DNA from: Eledone cirrhosa
Lineage: Eukaryota
DNA: 64,000 bases
NCBI GenBank assembly: GCA_964016885.1
Contig: CAXHJY010000096.1
Coordinates: 1,240,001 to 1,304,000, forward strand
Direction: 5' to 3'
A model generated the notes under the pieces. The model was not told where the DNA came from. It ran no database searches and was given only the letters and a program-made list of their open reading frames with translations. Numbering within the stretch: the stretch's first letter is position 1; each line of letters opens with the position of its first letter. The translations under genes were made by a program, and so were the position numbers. Shown piece by piece: positions 1-9,800 of the stretch.

Positions 1-3
1 TCA

Positions 4-31
4 GGGGGAGATAATTTGTAAAAAAAAATCA
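4..31 (+). repeat. Example type-A monomer GGGGGAGATAATTTGT(A)nTCA (n = 7-11, usually 8-9)
   Basis: Read directly (n = 9 here). Occurs in runs of about 1-9 copies throughout. The A8 form is 27 bp, with 20/27 purines on the + strand. Confidence 0.97.
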
Positions 32-84
32 GGGGGAGATAATTTGTAAAAAAATGAAAGGGGAGATAATATCCAGCCGTCCAA

Positions 85-109
85 GGGGAGATAATTTCCA
101 GCCGTCCAA
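85..109 (+). repeat. Example type-B monomer GGGGAGATAATTTCCAGCCGTCCAA (25 bp)
   Basis: Read directly. Occurs in runs of 1 to ~16 copies, with one CpG per consensus unit and CCAAGG at B-B junctions. Confidence 0.97.
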
Positions 110-1432
110 GGGGATATAATTTCCAGCCGTCCAAGGGGAGATAATTTCCATCCTTCCAAGGGGATATAATTTCCAGCCGTCCAAGGGGAGATAATTTCCC
201 GCCAGCCAAGGGAAGGTAATTTTTAAAAAAATCAGGCGGAGATTGTAAAAAAAATCAGGGGGGAGATAATTTGTAAAAAAATCAGAAGGAGATAATTTGT
301 AAAAAATAATCAGGGGGAGATAATTTGTAAAAAAATTCAAGGGGAGATAATTTCCAGCCGTCCAAGGGGAGATAATTTCCCGCCAGCCAAGGGAAGATAA
401 TATTTAAAAAAATTAGGCGGAGATAATTTGTAAAAAAAATCAGGGGGAGATAATTTGTAAAAAAATCAGGGGGAGATAATTTGTAAAAAAAATCAGGGGG
501 AGATAATTTGTAAAAAAAATCATGGGGAGATAATTTGTAAAAAAAAATCAGGGGTAGATAATTTGTAAAAAAAAATCAGGGGGAGATAATTTGTAAAAAA
601 AAATCAGGGGGAGATAATTTGTAAAAAAAATCAAGGGGAGATAATATCCAGCCGTCCAAGGAGAGATAATTTAAAAAAAAAATGAGGCGGAGATAATTTG
701 TAAAAAAAAAATCAGGGGGAGTTAATTTGTAAAAAAAAATGAGGGGGAGATAATTTGTAAAAAAAATCAAGGGGAGATAATTTCCAGCCGTCCAAGGGGA
801 GATAATTTTCAGCCGTCCAAGGAGAGGTAATTTCTAGCCGTCCAAGGGGAGATAATTTCCACCCGTCCAAGGGGAGGTAATTTCCAGCCGTCCAAGGGGA
901 GATAAATTAAAAAAAAAATCAGGCGGAGATAATTTGTAAAAAAAATCAAGGGGAGATAATTTGCAGCCGTCCAATGGGAGATAATTTTCAGTCGTCCAAG
1001 GAGAGGTAATTTCTAGCCGTCCAAGGGGAGATAATTTCCAGCCGTCCAAGGGGAGATAATTTCCAGCCGTCCAAGGGGAGATAATTTTTTTTTAAAAATC
1101 AGGCGGAGATAATTTGTAAAAAAAATCAGGGGGAGATAATTTGTAAACAAAATCAGGGGGAGATAATTTGTAAAAAAAAATCAGGGGGAGATAATTTGTA
1201 AAAAAAATTAGGCGTAGATAATTTGTAAAAAAAAATCAGGGGGAGATAATTTGTAAAAAAAAATCAGGGGGAGATAATTTGTTTAAAAAATCAAGGGGAG
1301 ATAATTTGCAGCCGTCCAAGGGGAGATAATTTTCAGCCGTCCAAGGAGAGGTAATTTCTAGCCGTTCAAGAGGAGATAATTTCCAGCCGTCCAAGGGGAG
1401 ATAATTTCCAGCCGTCCAAGGGGAGATAATTT

Positions 1433-3870
1433 CCCGCCAGCCAAGGTAAGATAATTTTTAAAAAAATCAGGCGGAGATTGTAAAAAAAATCAGGGGGGAG
1501 ATAATTTGTAAAAAAATCAGGGGGAGATAATTTGTAAAAAAAAATCAGGGGGAGATAATTTGTAAAAAATAATCAGGGGGAGATAATTTGTAAAAAAAAA
1601 TCAAGGGGAGATAATTTCCAGCCGTCCAAGGGGAGATAATTTCCCGCCAGCCAAGGGAAGATAATATTTAAAAAAATTAGTCGGAGATAATTTGTAAAAA
1701 AAATCAGGGGGAGATAATTTGTAAAAAAATCAGGGGGAGATAATTTGTAAAAAAAATCAGGGGGAGATAATTTGTAAAAAAAATCATGGGGAGATAATTT
1801 GTAAAAAAAAATCAGGGGTAGATAATTTGTAAAAAAAAATCAGGGGGAGATAATTTGTAAAAAAAAATCAGGGGGAGATAATTTGTAAAAAAAATCAAGG
1901 GGAGATAATTTCCAGCCGTCCAAGGGGAGATAATTTTCAGCCGTCCAAGAAGAGGTAATTTCTAGCCGTCCAAGGGGAGATAATTTCCAGCCGTCCAAGG
2001 GGAGGTAATTTCCAGCCGTCCAAGGGGAGATAATTTTTAAAAAAAAATCAGGCGGAGATAATTTGTAAAAAAAATCAAGGGGAGATACTTTGCAGCCGTC
2101 CAAGGGGAGATAATTTTCAGTCGTCCAAGGAGAGGTAATTTCTAGCCGTCCAAGGGGAGATAATTTCCAGCCGTCCAAGGGGAGATAATTTTTTTTTAAA
2201 AATCAGGCGGAGATAATTTGTAAAAAAAATCAGGGGGAGATAATTTGTAAACAAAATCAGGGGGAGATAATTTGTAAAAAAAAATCAGGGGGAGATAATT
2301 TGTAAAAAAAATCAAGGAGAGATAATTTCCAGCCGTCCAAGGGAAGATAATTTCCAGCCGTCCAAGGAGACATATTTTCCAGCCGTCCAAGGCGAGGTAA
2401 TTTCTAGCCGTCCAAGGGGAGATAAATTCCAGCCTCCAAGGGGAGATAATTTCCAGCCAGCCAAGGGGAGATAATTTGTAAAAAAATCAGGGGGAGACAA
2501 TTTGTAAAAAATATCAGGGAGATAATTTGTAAAAAAAAATCAGGGGGAGATAATTTGTAAAAAAAATCAGGGGGAGATAATTTGTAAAAAAAAATCAGGG
2601 GGAGATAATTTGTAAAAAAAATCAAGGGGAGATAATTTCCAGCCGTCCAAGGAGAGGTAATTTCTAGCCGTCCGAGGAGAGATAATTTCCAGCCGTCCAA
2701 GGGGAGATAATTTCCAGCCGTCCAAGGGGAGATAATTTCCAGCCGTCCAAGGAGACATATTTTCCAGCCGTCCAAGGAGAGGTAATTTCTAGCCGTCCAA
2801 GGGGAGATAAATTCCAGCCTCCAAGGGGAGATAATTTCCAGCCAGCCAAGGGGAAATAATTTGTAAAAAAATCAGGGGGAGATAATTTGCAAAAAAAATC
2901 AGGGGGAGATAATTTGTAAAAAAAATCAGGGGGAGATAATTTGTAAAAAATAATCAGGGGGAGATAATTTCCAGCCGTCCAAGGGGAGATAATTTTAAAA
3001 AAAATCAGGCGGAGATAATTTGTAAAAAAAAATCAGGGGGAGATAATTTGTAAAAAAAAATCAGGGGGAGATAATTTGTAAAAAAAATCAAGGGGAGATA
3101 ATTTCCAGCCGTCCAAGGGGAGATAATTTTCAGCCGTCCAAGGGGAGATAATTTCCCGCCAGCCAAGGGAAGATAATATTTAAAAAAATCAGGGGGAGAT
3201 AATTTGTAAAAAAAATCAGGGGGAGATAATTTGTAAAAAAAAATCAGGGGGAGATAATTTGTAAAAAAAAATCAGGGTGAGATAATTTGCAAAAAAAATC
3301 AGGGGGAGATAATTTGTAAAAAAAAATCAGGGGTAGATAATTTGTAAAAAAAAATCAGGGGGAGATAATTTGTAAAAAAAAATCAGGGGGAGATAATTTG
3401 TAAAAAAAATCAAGGGGAGATAATTTCCAGCCGTCCAAGGAGAGATAATTTAAAAAAAAATCAGGCGGAGATAATTTGTAAAAAAAAATCAGGGGGAGAT
3501 AATTTGTAAAAAAAATCAGGGGGAGATAATTTGTAAAAAAAAATCAGGGGTAGATAATTTGTAAAAAAAAATCAGGGGGAGATAATTTGTAAAAAAAAAT
3601 CAGGAGGAGATAATTTGTAAAAAAAATCAAGGGGAGATAATTTCCAGCCGTCCAAGGAGAGATAATTTAAAAAAAAATCAGGCGGAGATAATTTGTTAAA
3701 AAAAATCAGGGGGAGATAATTTGTAAAAAAAAATCAGGGGGAGATAATTTGTAAAAAAAATCAAGGGGAGATAATTTCCAGCCGTCCAAGGGGAGATAAT
3801 TTTCAGCCGTCCAAGGGGAGATAATTTCCCGCCAGCCAAGGGAAGATAATATTCAAAAAAATCAGGCGGA
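1433..3870 (+). repeat. Segment repeated at +7105 to +7155 bp (~8538-11025)
   Basis: Shared variants GGTAAG (1447/8552), TTAGTCGG, AAGAAGAGG and GATACTTTGC. The offset grows 7105 > 7130 > 7155 in whole B-monomer steps (ORF starts 1840/8945, 2196/9326, 2664/9819). Confidence 0.88.
2751..2849 (+). repeat. Recurrent 99-bp four-monomer cassette ending B runs (GGAGACATATTTT.. / GGAGAGGTAATTTCTAG.. / ..ATAAATTCCAGCCTCC / ..CCAGCCAGCCAA)
   Basis: The same ordered set of four variant B monomers closes many B runs (e.g. ~2366, 2751, 4469, 6599, 7009, 7821, 9496, 9906), several times per HOR. Confidence 0.9.
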
Positions 3871-6800
3871 GATAATTTGTAAAAAAAAATCAGGGGTAGA
3901 TAATTTGTAAAAAAAAATCAGGGGGAGATAATTTGTAAAAAAAAATCAGGGGGAGATAATTTGTAAAAAAAATCAAGGGGAGATAATTTCCAGCCGTCCA
4001 AGGGGAGATAATTTTCAGCTGTCCAAGGAGAGGTAATTTCTAGCCGTCCAAGGGGAGATAATTTCCAGCCGTCCAAGGGGAGGTAATTTCCAGCCGTCCA
4101 AGGGGAGATAATTTTAAAAAAAAAATCAGGCGGAGATAATTTGTAAAAAAAATCAAGGGGAGATAATTTGCAGCCGTCCAAGGGGAGATAATTTTCAGTC
4201 GTCCAAGGAGAGGTAATTTCTAGCCGTCCAAGGGGAGATAATTGCCAGCCGTCCAAGGGGAGATAATTTCCAGCCGTCCAAGGGGAGATAATTTTTTTTA
4301 AAAAATCAGGCGGAGATAATTTGTAAAAAAAATCAGGGGGAGATAATTTGTAAACAAAATCAGGGGGAGATAATTTGTAAAAAAAAATCAGGGGGAGATA
4401 ATTTGTAAAAAAAATCATGGAGAGATAATTTCCAGCCGTCCAAGGTGAGATAATTTCCAGCCGTCCAAGGAGACATATTTTCCAGCCGTCCAAGGCGAGG
4501 TAATTTCTAGCCGTCCAAGGGGAGATAAATTCCAGCCTCCAAGGGGAGATAATTTCCAGCCAGCCAAGTGGAGATAATTTGTAAAAAAATCAGGGGGAGA
4601 TAATTTGTAAAAAATATCAGGGAGATAATTTGTAAAAAAAAATCAGGGGGAGATAATTTGTAAAAAAAATCAGGGGGAGATAATTTGTAAAAAAAAATCA
4701 GGGGGAGATAATTTGTAAAAAAAATCAAGGGGAGATAATTTCCAGCCGTCCAAGGGGAGATAATTTTCAGCCGTCCAAGGGGAGATAATTTCCCGCCAGC
4801 CATGGGAAGATAATATTTAAAAAAATCAGGCGGAGATAATTTGTAAAAAAAATCAGGGGGAGATAATTTGTAAAAAAATCAGGGGGAGATAATTTGTAAA
4901 AAAAAAATCAGGGGGAGACAATTTGTAAAAAAAATCAGGGGGAGATAATTTGTAAAAAAAAATCAGGGGTAGATAATTTGTAAAAAAAAATCAGGGGGAG
5001 ATAATTTGTAAAAAAAAATCAGGGGGAGATAATTTGTAAAAAAATGAAAGGGGAGATAATATCCAGCCGTCCAAGGGGAGATAATTTCCAGCCGTCCAAG
5101 GGGATATAATTTCCAGCCGTCCAAGGGGAGATAATTTCCATCCTTCCAAGGGGATATAATTTCCAGCCGTCCAAGGGGAGATAATTTCCCGCCAGCCAAG
5201 GGAAGGTAATTTTTAAAAAAATCAGGCGGAGATTGTAAAAAAAATCAGGGGGGAGATAATTTGTAAAAAAATCAGAAGGAGATAATTTGTAAAAAATAAT
5301 CAGGGGGAGATAATTTGTAAAAAAATTCAAGGGGAGATAATTTCCAGCCGTCCAAGGGGAGATAATTTCCCGCCAGCCAAGGGAAGATAATATTTAAAAA
5401 AATTAGGCGGAGATAATTTGTAAAAAAAATCAGGGGGAGATAATTTGTAAAAAAATCAGGGGGAGATAATTTGTAAAAAAAATCAGGGGGAGATAATTTG
5501 TAAAAAAAATCATGGGGAGATAATTTGTAAAAAAAAATCAGGGGTAGATAATTTGTAAAAAAAAATCAGGGGGAGATAATTTGTAAAAAAAAATCAGGGG
5601 GAGATAATTTGTAAAAAAAATCAAGGGGAGATAATATCCAGCCGTCCAAGGAGAGATAATTTAAAAAAAAAATGAGGCGGAGATAATTTGTAAAAAAAAA
5701 ATCAGGGGGAGTTAATTTGTAAAAAAAAATGAGGGGGAGATAATTTGTAAAAAAAATCAAGGGGAGATAATTTCCAGCCGTCCAAGGGGAGATAATTTTC
5801 AGCCGTCCAAGGAGAGGTAATTTCTAGCCGTCCAAGGGGAGATAATTTCCAGCCGTCCAAGGGGAGGTAATTTCCAGCCGTCCAAGGGGAGATAAATTAA
5901 AAAAAAAATCAGGCGGAGATAATTTGTAAAAAAAATCAAGGGGAGATAATTTGCAGCCGTCCAATGGGAGATAATTTTCAGTCGTCCAAGGAGAGGTAAT
6001 TTCTAGCCGTCCAAGGGGAGATAATTTCCAGCCGTCCAAGGGGAGATAATTTCCAGCCGTCCAAGGGGAGATAATTTTTTTTAAAAAATCAGGCGGAGAT
6101 AATTTGTAAAAAAAATCAGGGGGAGATAATTTGTAAACAAAATCAGGGGGAGATAATTTGTAAAAAAAAATCAGGGGGAGATAATTTGTAAAAAAAATTA
6201 GGCGTAGATAATTTGTAAAAAAAAATCAGGGGGAGATAATTTGTAAAAAAAAATCAGGGGGAGATAATTTGTTTAAAAAATCAAGGGGAGATAATTTGCA
6301 GCCGTCCAAGGGGAGATAATTTTCAGCCGTCCAAGGAGAGGTAATTTCTAGCCGTTCAAGGGGAGATAATTTCCAGCCGTCCAAGGGGAGATAATTTCCA
6401 GCCGTCCAAGGGGAGATAATTTTTTTTAAAAAATCAGGCGGAGATAATTTGTAAAAAAAAATCAGGGGGAGATAATTCGTAAAAAAAAATCAGGGGGAGA
6501 TAATTTGTAAAAAAAAATCAGGGGGAGATAATTTGTAAAAAAAATCAAGGGGAGATAATTTCCAGCCGTCCAAGGGGAGATAATTTCCAGCCGTCCAAGG
6601 AGACATATTTTCCAGCCGTCCAAGGCGAGGTAATTTCTAGCCGTCCAAGGGGAGATAAATTCCAGCCTCCAAGGGGAGATAATTTCCCGCCAGCCAAGGG
6701 GAGATAATTTGTAAAAAAATCAGGGGGAGATAATTTGTAAAAAATATCAGGGAGATAATTTGTAAAAAAAAATCAGGGGGAGATAATTTGTAAAAAAAAT

Positions 6801-9800
6801 CAGGGGGAGATAATTTGTAAAAAAAAATCAGGGGGAGATAATTTGTAAAAAAAATCAAGGGGAGATAATTTCCAGCCGTCCAAGGGGAGATAATTTTCAG
6901 CCGTCCAAGGAGAGGTAATTTCTAGCCGTCCGAGGAGAGATAATTTCCAGCCGTCCAAGGGGAGATAATTTCCAGCCGTCCAAGGGGAGATAATTTCCAG
7001 CCGTCCAAGGAGACATATTTTCCAGCCGTCCAAGGAGAGGTAATTTCTAGCCGTCCAAGGGGAGATAAATTCCAGCCTCCAAGGGGAGATAATTTCCAGC
7101 CAGCCAAGGGGAGATAATTTGTAAAAAAATCAGGGGGAGATAATTTGCAAAAAAAATCAGGGGGAGATAATTTGTAAAAAAATCAGGGGGAGATAATTTG
7201 TGAAAAAATAATCAGGGGGAGATAATTTCCAGCCGTCGAAGGGGAGATAATTTAAAAAAAAATCAGGCGGAGATAATTTGTAAAAAAAAATCAGGGGGAG
7301 ATAATTTGTAAAAAAAAATCAGGGGGAGATAATTTGTAAAATAAATCAAGGGGAGATAATTTCCAGCCGTCCAAGGGGAGATAATTTTCAGCCGTCCAAG
7401 GGGAGATAATTTCCCGCCAGCCAAGGGAAGATAATATTTAAAAAAATCAGGCGGAGATAATTTGTAAAAAAAATCAGGGGGAGATAATTTGTAAAAAAAT
7501 CAGGGGGAGATAATTTGTAAAAAAAAATCAGGGGGCGATAATTTGTAAAAAAAATCAGGGGGAGATAATTTGTAAAAAAAAATCAGGGGGAGATAATTTG
7601 TAAAAAAAAATCAGGGGGCGATAATTTGTAAAAAAAATCAGGGGGAGATAATTTTTTTTTCAAAATCATTGGGAGATTTGTAAAAAAAATCAGGGGGAGA
7701 TAATTTGTAAAAAAAATCAAGGGGAGATAATTTCCAGCCGTCCAAGGGGAGGTAATATCTAGCCGTCCAAGGGGAGATAATTTCCAGCCGTCCAAGGGTA
7801 GATAATATCCAGCCGTCCAAGGACATATTTTCCAGCCGTCCAAGGAGAGGTAATTTCTAGCCGTCCAAGGGGAGATAAATTCCAGCCTCCAAGGGGAGAT
7901 AATTTCCAGCCAGCCAAGGGGAGATAATTTGTAAAAAAATCAGGGGGAGATAATTTGTAAAAAAAATCAGGGGGAGATAATTTGTAAAAAAAAATCAGGG
8001 GGAGATAATTTGTAAAAAAAAATCAGGGGGAGATAATTTGTAAAAAAAATCAGGGGGAGATAATTTGTAAAAAAAATCAAGGGGAGATCATTTCCAGCCG
8101 TCCAAGGGAGATAATTTTCAGCCGTCCAAGGGGAGATAATTTCCCGCCAGCCAAGGGAAGATAATATTTAAAAAAATCAGGCGGAGATAATTTGTAAAAA
8201 AAATCAGGGGGAGATAATTTGTAAAAAAATCAGGGGGAGATAATTTGTAAAAGAAAAATCAGGGGGAGATAATTTGTAAAAAAAATCAGGGGGAGATAAT
8301 TTGTAAAAAAAAATCAGGGGTAGATAATTTGTAAAAAAAATCAGGGGGAGATAATTTGTAAAAAAAATCAGAGGGAGATAATTTGTAAAAAAAATGAAAG
8401 GGGAGATAATATCCAGCCGTCCAAGGGGAGATAATTTCCAGCCGTCCAAGGGGAGATAATTTCCAGCCGTCCAAGGGGAGATAATTTCCATCCTTCCAAG
8501 GGGATATAATTTCCAGCCGTCCAAGGGGAGATAATTTCCCGCCAGCCAAGGTAAGATAATTTTTAAAAAAATCAGGCGGAGATTGTAAAAAAAATCAGGG
8601 GGGAGATAATTTGTAAAAAAATCAGGGGGAGATAATTTGTAAAAAAAAATCAGGGGGAGATAATTTGTAAAAAATAATCAGGGGGAGATAATTTGTAAAA
8701 AAAAATCAAGGGGAGATAATTTCCAGCCGTCCAAGGGGAGATAATTTCCCGCCAGCCAAGGGAAGATAATATTTAAAAAAATTAGTCGGAGATAATTTGT
8801 AAAAAAAATCAGGGGGAGATAATTTGTAAAAAAATCAGGGGGAGATAATTTGTAAAAAAAATCAGGGGGAGATAATTTGTAAAAAAAATCATGGGGAGAT
8901 AATTTGTAAAAAAAAATCAGGGGTAGATAATTTGTAAAAAAAAATCAGGGGGAGATAATTTGTAAAAAAAAATCAGGGGGAGATAATTTGTAAAAAAAAT
9001 CAAGGGGAGATAATTTCCAGCCGTCCAAGGGGAGATAATTTTCAGCCGTCCAAGAAGAGGTAATTTCTAGCCGTCCAAGGGGAGATAATTTCCAGCCGTC
9101 CAAGGGGAGGTAATTTCCAGCCGTCCAAAGGGAGATAATTTTTAAAAAAAAATCAGGCGGAGATAATTTGTAAAAAAAATCAAGGGGAGATACTTTGCAG
9201 CCGTCCAAGGGGAGATAATTTTCAGTCGTCCAAGGAGAGGTAATTTCTAGCCGTCCAAGGGGAGATAATTTCCAGCCGTCCAAGGGGAGATAATTTCCAG
9301 CCGTCCAAGGGGAGATAATTTTTTTTTAAAAATCAGGCGGAGATAATTTGTAAAAAAAATCAGGGGGAGATAATTTGTAAACAAAATCAGGGGGAGATAA
9401 TTTGTAAAAAAAAATCAGGGGGAGATAATTTGTAAAAAAAATCAAGGAGAGATAATTTCCAGCCGTCCAAGGTAAGATAATTTCCAGCCGTCCAAGGAGA
9501 CATATTTTCCAGCCGTCCAAGGCGAGGTAATTTCTAGCCGTCCAAGGGGAGATAAATTCCAGCCTCCAAGGGGAGATAATTTCCAGCCAGCCAAGGGGAG
9601 ATAATTTGTAAAAAAATCAGGGGGAGATAATTTGTAAAAAATATCAGGGAGATAATTTGTAAAAAAAAATCAGGGGGAGATAATTTGTAAAAAAAATCAG
9701 GGGGAGATAATTTGTAAAAAAAAATCAGGGGGAGATAATTTGTAAAAAAAATCAAGGGGAGATAATTTCCAGCCGTCCAAGGGGAGATAATTTTCAGCCG

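Larger units (their letters stand above)
1..1432 (+). repeat. Segment repeated at +4990 bp (4991-6422)
   Basis: ORF-track offsets 29/5019, 576/5566 and 834/5824 are all 4990. The copies share rare variants AGAAGGA (~284/5274), CCAATGGG (971/5961) and GGCGTAG (1211/6201), and diverge after ~1432/6422. Confidence 0.9.

Noticed and set aside
85-99. NF-kB-like site GGGG...TTTCC in B monomers
   Set aside because: The spacing (15 bp) does not fit the 10-11 bp kB consensus GGGRNWYYCC.
4-120. G-quadruplex potential from G4-5 runs on the + strand
   Set aside because: The G runs are separated by ~21-23 nt loops, far longer than canonical G4 loops, so there is no direct support.
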